Shown: positions 17,052 through 25,128 of the stretch, one piece after another
How the letters are laid out: the number at the start of each line of letters is the position of its first letter
How positions within the stretch are numbered: the first letter of the stretch is position 1
Source of the DNA: a virus
Taxonomy: Duplodnaviria > Caudoviricetes
DNA: 33,949 bases
Virus record (IMG/VR): IMGVR_UViG_3300020045_006781
Location: 1-33,949 of that record
Reading direction: 5' to 3' (one strand)
Made by a program: the position numbers and the translations under genes
Notes under the pieces: generated by a model
Database searches by the model: none
What the model was told of the DNA's origin: nothing
Seen by the model: the letters and a program-made list of their open reading frames with translations, nothing else

Positions 17052-17479
17052 CCTACGCAACATTAAAAGACGGGAAGTTCCTATTATTCGAAGCTGAGAA
17101 TCCAGAGATAAGAGATCATTGTAAAATGAAATTCAGCCCTTCATATCCTTGTGATGGATCTAAATCAACTGATTACTATTGCAAGTGCCATGAAGATATT
17201 GAATTATTTGAAAGCTCAAGCGAATCAGCAATAGTAGCATCTGATCAGGAGCAGGTGAGAGATTTGCTTACTAAGAAATGCGACTGTCTATGCCACACAA
17301 GCGGAGCTATGCATTTTATGCCATGCTGTGATAATGGCCTTATACATCCAGAGAGTAATATTTTCTATCCTCTCGAAGGGTATAGAATAGAAGTTAAGGA
17401 ACGTTCACCTTCTGAAATGGAGATGTACGTCTATAAGTCACAGGAGAATATCAAAACAGCAAGACTGGTAAAAGAATAG
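17048..17479 (+). CDS. Cys/His-rich hypothetical protein
   Basis: CDCLCH...HFMPCC; ATGA-coupled. Confidence 0.55.
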   Translation: MTYATLKDGKFLLFEAENPEIRDHCKMKFSPSYPCDGSKSTDYYCKCHEDIELFESSSESAIVASDQEQVRDLLTKKCDCLCHTSGAMHFMPCCDNGLIHPESNIFYPLEGYRIEVKERSPSEMEMYVYKSQENIKTARLVKE

Positions 17480-17482
17480 ACT

Positions 17483-17767
17483 ATGAATAAGGAAGAACTA
17501 ATAGAGCGATACATTGGCGCATACCCTGATGAAAGATTTCAAAAAGGTAGAAAAACATGGGAAGAACTTCGTAATTCAATGCATGCTGATCTTGATCTAT
17601 TTGTTTCCAATCTATCTTTGTCAGGAAAGGAAGAAAGAAACTCTTTGCAAGCCGAAATAGAATCCCTAAAGGGGAAGCTAAAGGAGATTCGTAAGATTCT
17701 TTATCGTCATGATATTGTACAAGGCAATCCATTATTCAATGAAATTGAAAAAATAACTAACGCCTAA
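17483..17767 (+). CDS. Hypothetical coiled-coil protein
   Basis: Packed ORF. Confidence 0.55.
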   Translation: MNKEELIERYIGAYPDERFQKGRKTWEELRNSMHADLDLFVSNLSLSGKEERNSLQAEIESLKGKLKEIRKILYRHDIVQGNPLFNEIEKITNA

Positions 17768-17855
17768 CAGAGCGGATTAACAGAAAATCAAGTAAAATGA
17801 CCCGCCAGGAAGAAGCAATGAGCTTAATTTTATAACCCAACAAACTATTTACCCA

Positions 17856-18266
17856 ATGAATAAAAAAGAAATGATCCTCGTTAAAATAATGGAGGAATGC
17901 GATGAGGTATCTCAGCGCTGTGCGAAAGCCTTACGGTTTACTTTGGAAGAAGTGCAGCCGGGTCAGGAATTTGATAATGCTTGTCGTATTGTGGAGGAAT
18001 TGAAAGATTTGTTCGCTGCTGTTTATTATTATGGAAGGGAAGGTGTTCTTCCAATTGTTGACCCTACTCCTGATGAGATCGAATCCAGGATACAAAGAAT
18101 TAAGAAGTACATGGAGTATTCAAAAAGCGTTGGTGCTATGGTGGAAAAGATTGATCTTAAAAGAGAGATCATTAAAGCAATAGAGGCAACCAAAGGTTAC
18201 CGAACTGATGTGGAATACATCCCTGGGATGTCTGTTGAAGAATACCTGAAAGAAAGGGGGCTTTAA
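17856..18266 (+). CDS. MazG-like nucleotide pyrophosphohydrolase
   Basis: EECDE...KALRF...EELKD acidic helical motif. Confidence 0.7.
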   Translation: MNKKEMILVKIMEECDEVSQRCAKALRFTLEEVQPGQEFDNACRIVEELKDLFAAVYYYGREGVLPIVDPTPDEIESRIQRIKKYMEYSKSVGAMVEKIDLKREIIKAIEATKGYRTDVEYIPGMSVEEYLKERGL

Positions 18267-18267
18267 C

Positions 18268-18750
18268 ATGACCAACCAACAAATGATCGATGAAGGCTAC
18301 AAGATCCGCACTATCGGATTATGCCAGCCGTATGCCTCCGCTATGCTCTATGGAAAGATTGAATCCAGATGGGTAAAGGATGGGCATAAGCCAAGCTTTC
18401 CTGTTGGGATGTATATGATCTACTCCACGAAGCGCGGATACACTGCGAGCGAAATAAAGGCTATCTCAGGGCAGCACGCTTCCTACCTGTTCCATGTACT
18501 GAGAGATGAGAAAGAACTTCCTGATGGACAACCTATAGCCATTGGTCAGCTTTTTAATGTGAGGAAGTTTGATCCGAATAAAGACGGTGTTGTAACCTTT
18601 GTTGATGAGTCTGTAGGGAAGGATGAGTTTAAGCAATTGTGGTGCCTTGAATTCACCAATATCCAGCGGATAAAGCCCTTTCCTTTCACCGGCAAGCAGG
18701 GAGTAGGTATTTTGACGGAAGAGCAGAAGAAATTGATTGAGGTGGTGTAA
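18268..18750 (+). CDS. ASCH-domain protein
   Basis: TIGLCQPYASAMLYGKIESR and PFPFTGKQG motifs. Confidence 0.75.
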   Translation: MTNQQMIDEGYKIRTIGLCQPYASAMLYGKIESRWVKDGHKPSFPVGMYMIYSTKRGYTASEIKAISGQHASYLFHVLRDEKELPDGQPIAIGQLFNVRKFDPNKDGVVTFVDESVGKDEFKQLWCLEFTNIQRIKPFPFTGKQGVGILTEEQKKLIEVV

Positions 18751-18752
18751 AA

Positions 18753-18768
18753 TGTTTCCCGTGGAACA
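18753..18768. promoter_or_regulatory. parS-like palindrome
   Basis: TGTTTCCCGTGGAACA, one mismatch from TGTTTCACGTGGAACA (chromosomal parS type). Confidence 0.65.
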
Positions 18769-18784
18769 TCTACAAAGCATAAAG

Positions 18785-18878
18785 TTATCCACAATTGAAT
18801 TTTAAAATGTGGATAAGTATGCTTTAAAAATAAAGTTATCCACAATCAATCCACATACGGTGGTTTTGGTTTGGATAA
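18785..18878. promoter_or_regulatory. DnaA-box cluster (candidate origin or DnaA-controlled promoter)
   Basis: Perfect TTATCCACA at 18785-93 (+), 18808-16 (-) and 18836-44 (+); degenerate copies at 18847-55 and 18870-78. Confidence 0.8.
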
Positions 18879-18902
18879 ACGAATAGAATGCTTTTACATT
18901 TG
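18870..18902 (+). promoter_or_regulatory. Bacteroidota housekeeping-type promoter
   Basis: TTTG (18870-73), 21-nt spacer, TACATTTG (18895-902). Confidence 0.65.
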
Positions 18903-18905
18903 GAA

Positions 18906-19284
18906 ATCGGGGTGCAGTCAATTAATTTTGATTCCGATAACGAAAGGTATCAAGAACCCTTGTTAGAAAAGAATGCACCTCTTTTCTCTCAGGGGTTTCT
19001 CTTTTTACGCTGACGTTGTAATTCGGTGGGGTGTAAAATTGAATGAAGTCTGAACCACGGGGTGTAACATATCAGACATTGTAGCCTTAAGGAGAGAAGC
19101 ATGTTACCACGGGGGCCGATTCCCCAAGAGTATTTCTCCAGACCAACAGACACGGTGCTCATGTTGGGACTTTCGGGACGGGACTCATCCAGTCAAGCAA
19201 GTGAGGAAGACAGATGGGATAAATCTGCCTTTCTCTAACAGAAAACAGGATCTAAACCAGTAAGCAATTGTTATTCTTTAGTAT
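18906..19284 (+). ncRNA. Structured leader/attenuator RNA (c4/CI-like architecture) upstream of the replication genes
   Basis: Terminator-like hairpin at 18953-19006 whose loop TGCACC is complementary to GGTGCA (18911) and GGTGTA (19030, 19061); further hairpins downstream; no convincing ORF. Confidence 0.5.
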
Positions 19285-19566
19285 ATGAAAGAAGTAGTTT
19301 GTATAAAGGATCACACTAAGACGATTGGAACTGTAACGGGATGGGCAATTGGCCGCGGCCCTAAGCTTAATGAAGTGTGTCAGGTGACAGTTGTCCAAAA
19401 TGATCCTCCGTATGTTTTCTATGAACTGAAGGGGTATGAAGGATTTCACCCAAATACAAGAAGCAGGCGGTTTGTGTACAATTCTATCTACTTTGTAGAT
19501 GTGGCTTCTTCAGAAGAGATAAATGAAATGATGGAGGAAATATTTAACCAAGTTACCAATGGATAA
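19285..19566 (+). CDS. Hypothetical protein
   Basis: First ORF after the structured leader. Confidence 0.6.
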   Translation: MKEVVCIKDHTKTIGTVTGWAIGRGPKLNEVCQVTVVQNDPPYVFYELKGYEGFHPNTRSRRFVYNSIYFVDVASSEEINEMMEEIFNQVTNG

Positions 19567-20062
19567 AAAATTCAAAGAGTGGTTTGATCAAAAGGTGAAT
19601 GGTCGGATTATACCAGCTAACTCAGAAAATGAAATGTATCGCGCTATGCTTGAATGGACAGAGGAAGCATATAAGCTCGGGAAAGAGGTAAAAAAGAAAT
19701 CAAAAATTGAATCAGACGGCAGCTACCCTGAGTTCGTTCGTATCTGGTGTGAATCATTCCCGGAATATGGATTTACTGCTATGGATGGTAAGAAAATTAA
19801 ATCCATCATTCAACAAACTAAAAATTGGTTGTCTGCCGGTGGTAAGGATTCAGGCGCAAAAGCTTCTGCGGATATGTTCCAGTACATTATGAACTATGTT
19901 AAGAAAGGGGACACATGGTTTACAGGTAAAGACTTAGCAACAATAGATTCCAAATACAGATCATTAATAATCGAAATTAAGAATGGAAAACAACAAGCTT
20001 CAAAAAAGCCAGCCAGCGCAAGAGACTACATTAACAATCTACGAAAAGAAGCGGGTATTTGA
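19559..20062 (+). CDS. Putative replication-associated protein
   Basis: Position ahead of the DnaB-like genes; helical protein; function inferred from synteny only. Confidence 0.4.
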   Translation: MDKKFKEWFDQKVNGRIIPANSENEMYRAMLEWTEEAYKLGKEVKKKSKIESDGSYPEFVRIWCESFPEYGFTAMDGKKIKSIIQQTKNWLSAGGKDSGAKASADMFQYIMNYVKKGDTWFTGKDLATIDSKYRSLIIEIKNGKQQASKKPASARDYINNLRKEAGI

Positions 20063-20318
20063 TGTAGCTGAGGTAGTGGCTAATGTGAATGACCTGCTGG
20101 ACTTTAAACGCAGCGGTGAAGAGGTGCACAGTTGGGCACAGGACGTTGAAAGGCTTGCTCCGGGTACAGACCTTGAAAAGTTAAAGTTCCTTCTGGACTG
20201 CTTTAAAACAGAGCGGCTGGTGTGGGATAAGACGAAGGGTATTCAGAACATCTTCATCGGTCTGAAGCAGATTAAGAAAACAGATAATGGGTACGAGGTA
20301 TTAAAAAATATTTGGTAA
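19983..20318 (+). CDS. Hypothetical protein (replication module)
   Basis: Overlaps the previous ORF, as in O/P-type gene pairs. Confidence 0.5.
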   Translation: MENNKLQKSQPAQETTLTIYEKKRVFDVAEVVANVNDLLDFKRSGEEVHSWAQDVERLAPGTDLEKLKFLLDCFKTERLVWDKTKGIQNIFIGLKQIKKTDNGYEVLKNIW

Positions 20319-20668
20319 TGATAAAATTCAGCAGAGACGATTTTAAAATTGATAAAGTAGCCGCACATCTATTCGATACAGTCAAAAGAAATCACAAGCC
20401 AGCTAATCACACTGAGCGGATTCTTTTGAAGAATAAGCATGTAAAGGATTTTTGTGAAGAAGCTACGCATTATTCGCAATATAAATTGGGAGATAGAATT
20501 ATATACATCAGCTATGAAGTATCCAGTTGGTTTAAAAAACCGATGGGTGTGCAGCTTCGAATTGATTCGATAACCCTTTACGATGATTTTATTGAATACA
20601 CCAAGGCTAAAATGAAGGGATTGAATTCTGTTGGGCTTGGTCATGCGGATAACCCTAATTTGAATTGA
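20312..20668 (+). CDS. Hypothetical protein
   Basis: Packed ORF (ATG at 20318 likely). Confidence 0.55.
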   Translation: MVMIKFSRDDFKIDKVAAHLFDTVKRNHKPANHTERILLKNKHVKDFCEEATHYSQYKLGDRIIYISYEVSSWFKKPMGVQLRIDSITLYDDFIEYTKAKMKGLNSVGLGHADNPNLN

Positions 20669-20669
20669 T

Positions 20670-20900
20670 ATGCCGAGATTAGATAAAGTGCGCGAAGCGG
20701 AGCTTACTCCAGTGAGAAAAGAATTCGCTAAAAATGTTTTGAGGAAGATGGGTTACTCTATCAGTTATGAAGATGATGTTAAAATAAAATTCATTTTCAA
20801 AGGTGAGCCAGTTACGTTCTTTGCTTACTCAGGATGGTACACAGGAAAGACGATTAAAGACGGTCGTGGATTTCAGAACTTACTTAATCAGTTAGATTAA
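20670..20900 (+). CDS. Hypothetical protein
   Basis: Packed ORF; YSGWYTGKTIKDGRG motif. Confidence 0.65.
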   Translation: MPRLDKVREAELTPVRKEFAKNVLRKMGYSISYEDDVKIKFIFKGEPVTFFAYSGWYTGKTIKDGRGFQNLLNQLD

Positions 20901-21554
20901 ATGGCAACATCATCAAAAATTGATAAGGCTATTGCCAAGGCTAAATTCATCGTCAAGAAGAAGAAAGGACGCATCGATGAATTAAGCCGCAGGAGTGATC
21001 TGAATGAGTCTCAGAAGATTTTCATCGGGGAGGAAACTGAGTTGATTCAAATAGTGGAACTGCTAATTAGCAGCGCTAAGATTGGATTTGATGTTGCCCT
21101 TGGAAAGCTACCTGCGCAGGCTGTGGATATGGAAGAGGCTGTTCTTGGTGCATTGATGTTGGAAAATGCTGCCATGGGAAAGGTGATCAGTTTCCTCCGG
21201 GCAGAGCATTTCTATGTGGAGGCACACAGATTGATTTACAGCGCTATTAACACCATGGCCATAGCAGAATATCCGATAGATATGCGCACAGTAGTAAGCG
21301 CTCTGCGTAGATCGGGTGATATAGAAACAATCGGTGGCGCGGCTTATATAGCGGAACTAACATCAAAAGTGAGTTCAGCTGCTAATATTGAATTTCACGC
21401 CCGGACAATGGTGGAGATGGCCATCAAGCGCCAGGTTGGAATACTGGCTGGTAATGCACTGGCTGCAGCATACGATGATCAGAAGGACTGCTTTGTGTTA
21501 CTGGAAGATTTGGAAGAAGGAATTAAGGAAGTAAATAGCTGGATAAAGAAATGA
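20901..21554 (+). CDS. Stand-alone DnaB N-terminal domain protein
   Basis: LPAQAVDMEEAVLGALMLE...HFYVEAHRLIY...IGGAAYIAELTSKVSSAANIEFHA; no ATPase domain follows. Confidence 0.85.
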   Translation: MATSSKIDKAIAKAKFIVKKKKGRIDELSRRSDLNESQKIFIGEETELIQIVELLISSAKIGFDVALGKLPAQAVDMEEAVLGALMLENAAMGKVISFLRAEHFYVEAHRLIYSAINTMAIAEYPIDMRTVVSALRRSGDIETIGGAAYIAELTSKVSSAANIEFHARTMVEMAIKRQVGILAGNALAAAYDDQKDCFVLLEDLEEGIKEVNSWIKK

Positions 21555-22138
21555 ATAACGAAATGTATAAACCGGTGGAGGGTACCGCTGAATCTTTTAA
21601 ATCAGATTTTCAGACTCCAGTTGAAGTGGCGAAATATATGGTATCTCTTCTTCCTGAAGGGGTGGGTACCGTGCTTGAGCCTACTCCTGGGATAGGAAAT
21701 ATTAAAAATGAATTAGTGAAGGCCGGATATCAGGTTACTGCTCCAGATGATTATTTCCTGTTGGATAAATCGATTCGTTTTGATGCCATTGTAATGAATC
21801 CCCCATTCTCACATAAATTTTGTCTGTTGGATAATGCCCCGCAGGAAATTCATAAGGCTGGTATGCGTATGGGGTATTGGTTTCTTACTGATTGTTTGAA
21901 CCGATGCGATAGGGTGATTGCTTTAATGCCATGGTTTACTATATCAGATTCGGATGTTCGTTTACGTTCTTTGATGAGATATGGGATGCGGTCGATCACA
22001 GCACTTCCTCGGAAGACATTCCAATTTGCCAGGATTCAAACCGTAGTACTGGATCTTGAAAAGGGGTACCGTGGAGAAACTTTGTTCAGGGCGTATGACT
22101 GCCAGAATGATCACGTACAGCATAAACTCATAAAGTGA
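21551..22138 (+). CDS. DNA N6-adenine methyltransferase (gamma-type motif order, orphan)
   Basis: FQTP, VLEPTPGIG and NPPF motifs. Confidence 0.85.
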   Translation: MNNEMYKPVEGTAESFKSDFQTPVEVAKYMVSLLPEGVGTVLEPTPGIGNIKNELVKAGYQVTAPDDYFLLDKSIRFDAIVMNPPFSHKFCLLDNAPQEIHKAGMRMGYWFLTDCLNRCDRVIALMPWFTISDSDVRLRSLMRYGMRSITALPRKTFQFARIQTVVLDLEKGYRGETLFRAYDCQNDHVQHKLIK

Positions 22139-23193
22139 TGGCAAGTAGTAAAATAATCAAACCCGAACCACCTAAGATCATCACTGACCTCACAAGCTCT
22201 TACATTCCGCTGGATGTAAGCGCAGCCATCGATCAGCATGGAGAGATCGTGCAGCCTGGGGAGTCTTCCGGTATCTCTGAGTTGGATAAGTACTTCAAAT
22301 GGATGCGTGGATTCGTGAGTGGATGGTATGGCTGGGCGAATGCTGGTAAAGGTGTGTTTACTGATTACATGATGGTTGTGAAGGCTCTCCGCAGCGGATG
22401 GAAGTTCTGTCTTTACAAGCCGGAGGATATGGATACGGTGGTTACTGATGGAAAGGTAACTATCAAGTCCAACCGGTTTTACTACAACCTTGCGTGGACA
22501 CTTACTGGTAAAACATGGAGTGCTGACTACGCGAAAAGGAATAAAGTGCCGGCAATGACTATTGATGAGTTGATGGATGCTCTTGATTTCATTACTGCTC
22601 ACTTTTTTGTAATTCATCCAAAGGACAGGAGGTTCAATGCGTTGATGGATGAATCGATGTTCATGTACGAGAAGTTTGGAGTTGATGGATTTATGTGGGA
22701 TCCATGGAATGCTGTGAAGTTACCACGTACTGCAGGGATGCGCGATGATGAGCTTTATGTGGATGCTTTTATGAATATAAAGGAAGCCGCTCTGCTTACG
22801 AATTCTTCATGGAACATCATCACTCACCCAAAGTCTCAGGGTGAAGTGAGGAATAAAGACGGGAGTTATAAAGTCGTTACGCAGCATTTGGTTTTGGGTG
22901 GAGCGGCCTGGGATATGAAGATGGATACTCAGTATAGCGTATACCGGCAGAATGCACACAATGATCCTGATGATCCATGGATGGAATTGTACAACTTGAA
23001 GCAGAAGCAGAAGGAGATTGTTGGCGCGAAGAAGGGGGTGTATAGTAAGATAGAATTCGATGAAACGCGCAGGCAGTACTATTTCAATAACATCAACCCG
23101 ATAACTGGAGAGCCGAAAGGATACGAGAGTGATGTGGATATCTTTGCGAGTAAGAAAGATGTAAAGCCAACAGATCAAGAATTACCATTTTAA
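22135..23193 (+). CDS. SF4 (DnaB/T7 gp4/Twinkle-like) helicase ATPase domain
   Basis: SGISELD, Walker A-like GWANAGKG, WDPWN, IITHPK and GGAAW...D motifs. Confidence 0.75.
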   Translation: MMASSKIIKPEPPKIITDLTSSYIPLDVSAAIDQHGEIVQPGESSGISELDKYFKWMRGFVSGWYGWANAGKGVFTDYMMVVKALRSGWKFCLYKPEDMDTVVTDGKVTIKSNRFYYNLAWTLTGKTWSADYAKRNKVPAMTIDELMDALDFITAHFFVIHPKDRRFNALMDESMFMYEKFGVDGFMWDPWNAVKLPRTAGMRDDELYVDAFMNIKEAALLTNSSWNIITHPKSQGEVRNKDGSYKVVTQHLVLGGAAWDMKMDTQYSVYRQNAHNDPDDPWMELYNLKQKQKEIVGAKKGVYSKIEFDETRRQYYFNNINPITGEPKGYESDVDIFASKKDVKPTDQELPF

Positions 23194-23202
23194 AACACAA
23201 TT

Positions 23203-23412
23203 ATGAAAAACTGGAATTATCGCAAATTTAAGATCATTGCCTTTGAAGGAGGGGAAGTCCCATCGTCAAATGCTGATCTGGTTGGATTCATTATCCCAAC
23301 AATTTCTTATGTAACTTATCGGAAAGAATTTATGTACGGAAAAATGTTGACCTTCCATTTTTGGAAATGGTATGTCGGTATTAAATGGAATTTTCGGGCC
23401 GGTGATTATTAA
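23203..23412 (+). CDS. Hypothetical protein
   Basis: Packed ORF. Confidence 0.5.
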   Translation: MKNWNYRKFKIIAFEGGEVPSSNADLVGFIIPTISYVTYRKEFMYGKMLTFHFWKWYVGIKWNFRAGDY

Positions 23413-23418
23413 TAAATC

Positions 23419-23655
23419 ATGATCGGATTAACCATAGAAGAATCAAAGCTAAAGCTCATCACCAAGTGGATAGAGATGCGTGAGGGATATTTCTACAAGA
23501 AGAACAATGACGGCAGCTACTCCACTTGCATTCTTAATCTTAGTGATTTTGTGGAGGAATGGGAGAAGTTAGTTTTTAAGAAAGAAACCGAGCGATTGAT
23601 TAAATTGAAATTGCTTTTTGTAAGAAGAGATAATAATTGGAAACGATTTGAATAA
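23419..23655 (+). CDS. Hypothetical protein
   Basis: Packed ORF. Confidence 0.5.
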   Translation: MIGLTIEESKLKLITKWIEMREGYFYKKNNDGSYSTCILNLSDFVEEWEKLVFKKETERLIKLKLLFVRRDNNWKRFE

Positions 23656-23660
23656 ATAAA

Positions 23661-24719
23661 ATGTGGATACTACCAAAACAACTATTAACTGCTTATCCTT
23701 CTGCTCCGGCATTCGGGGAATCGAAAGAGGACTTGAAAGAGTTGTCCCAAATTTACGAACAGTCTGCCATGTGGAGATCGAAGCTTTTGTCATCGAAAAT
23801 CTGGTTGCGGAAATGGAAGCAGGTTTGGTGGCTCCGGCTCCAATTTGGTCGAATATTAAAACCTTCGACCCAACACCTTTTCGTGGAAAAATACACGTCC
23901 TCACTGGCGGATACCCTTGTCAACCATTTTCCAATGCCGGTAAAAGAAATGGCGAAGAAGACCCCAGACATCTATTCCCATACATTGCCAAAGCAGTTGA
24001 CGTTGTTCGGCCCGACATCTGCTTCTTCGAAAACGTCCGTGGCCACATCACTCTCGGACTCAGAGAAGTCATTGCTTTGCTGGAAGGAATGGGTTACCGA
24101 GTGCGTTGGGGAATATTCAGCGCGGAGGAAACAGGCGCAAGCCATAAGAGAGAAAGAGTTTTTATCATGGCAATCAGAAAGGAACTGGCCTACACCTACA
24201 AGTTCGGATGTTGTAACTGCAAATTTAAAGTCAACTCAACAGAAAGAGGGGAGTATGCACAGCGTGTCGTTGGGACATGCAGTTGTGAAGAATTGGCCCA
24301 CTCCAAAGAGCAACTCAGCCAACAGCCCGGGAATACACGGGAACGGAGGACAGGATTTACAAACGGTAGTAACAATACCGGCTTGGCCGACTCCGACCAC
24401 TGCGGAAGCAGGGAAGATTTCAAATCAGGCCAACTACGGTCAGAAGGGATTGAGCAATCATCCAGCAATAGTAGGAGAGACAACGAGGGAGAAGAAATCG
24501 AAAGACAGAAAAGATCAGTTGCACGACCCAGACAAGTTCAGCACGAATGGGAACGACCCCGAACAATTTCGTATGCTGAAGAAACGCTTGAACCCCCATT
24601 GGGTTGCACAGCTCATGGGTACCGATTCAGAGAAGATTTTCTTCGTGCACTTGGAAACTCCGTCTATGCCGATGCAGCGGAACTTGCATGGAATGTCCTC
24701 AGTAAAAAACACGGATTAA
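23661..24719 (+). CDS. Overlapping alternative-frame polypeptide (beta): WPTP-repeat variable region plus MTase motif IX
   Basis: 352 codons with no stop; NWPTPT, NWPTPK and AWPTPT repeats; RLNPHWVAQLMG (motif IX). Confidence 0.75.
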   Translation: MWILPKQLLTAYPSAPAFGESKEDLKELSQIYEQSAMWRSKLLSSKIWLRKWKQVWWLRLQFGRILKPSTQHLFVEKYTSSLADTLVNHFPMPVKEMAKKTPDIYSHTLPKQLTLFGPTSASSKTSVATSLSDSEKSLLCWKEWVTECVGEYSARRKQAQAIREKEFLSWQSERNWPTPTSSDVVTANLKSTQQKEGSMHSVSLGHAVVKNWPTPKSNSANSPGIHGNGGQDLQTVVTIPAWPTPTTAEAGKISNQANYGQKGLSNHPAIVGETTREKKSKDRKDQLHDPDKFSTNGNDPEQFRMLKKRLNPHWVAQLMGTDSEKIFFVHLETPSMPMQRNLHGMSSVKNTD

Positions 24720-24724
24720 TTTAA
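23663..24724 (+). CDS. C5-cytosine DNA methyltransferase, catalytic (alpha) polypeptide: motifs I-VIII and X
   Basis: SFCSGIRG (I), GGYPCQPFS (IV), ENVRG (VI), HKRERVF (VIII), RALGNSV (X); motif IX not recognisable in this frame. Confidence 0.9.
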   Translation: MDTTKTTINCLSFCSGIRGIERGLERVVPNLRTVCHVEIEAFVIENLVAEMEAGLVAPAPIWSNIKTFDPTPFRGKIHVLTGGYPCQPFSNAGKRNGEEDPRHLFPYIAKAVDVVRPDICFFENVRGHITLGLREVIALLEGMGYRVRWGIFSAEETGASHKRERVFIMAIRKELAYTYKFGCCNCKFKVNSTERGEYAQRVVGTCSCEELAHSKEQLSQQPGNTRERRTGFTNGSNNTGLADSDHCGSREDFKSGQLRSEGIEQSSSNSRRDNEGEEIERQKRSVARPRQVQHEWERPRTISYAEETLEPPLGCTAHGYRFREDFLRALGNSVYADAAELAWNVLSKKHGLI

Positions 24725-24729
24725 AAACT

Positions 24730-25128
24730 ATGATATACTTAATTTGGTTTACCCTCATTGCCTTAGAGGTATGGAGGAACTGGTACAAGATTGAAAAGAA
24801 GAAGATTCGTATCAATCACAAGGGAGCTACCCTGCTACGAATAATTGTTGGATTTGCCTTCTGGGCGTTTATACCCCTGGCCCTTCCTATTCCGGTGGAT
24901 AGATATTTGGCATTGCCAGTGATGATGTCGCTTACGTTCTGGTTTTTGTTTGATCTGGGATTGAATATAGCGCGTGGCAGGTCATACTTCTATCTTGGGG
25001 AAGATTCGTGGTTGGATAAGAAAATGAAGAGTAGTCTGGGTGCCTGGCCGTGGTTCTGGTTTAAGCTGTGCTTTGCTATTGGAGGGGTGCTTACGTTCGA
25101 GTATGGGTTTAAGGGTGTGGTGGGATGA
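24730..25128 (+). CDS. Membrane protein (about 4 TM)
   Basis: Hydrophobic segments; FDLGLNIARG...YLG...D motif. Confidence 0.65.
   Translation: MIYLIWFTLIALEVWRNWYKIEKKKIRINHKGATLLRIIVGFAFWAFIPLALPIPVDRYLALPVMMSLTFWFLFDLGLNIARGRSYFYLGEDSWLDKKMKSSLGAWPWFWFKLCFAIGGVLTFEYGFKGVVG

Noticed and set aside
19252-19449. Minus-strand ORF as a divergent repressor
   Set aside because: No HTH pattern, and it overlaps a better + strand gene.
21551-24724. Restriction-modification system
   Set aside because: No cognate restriction endonuclease recognised; orphan MTases are common phage anti-restriction genes.
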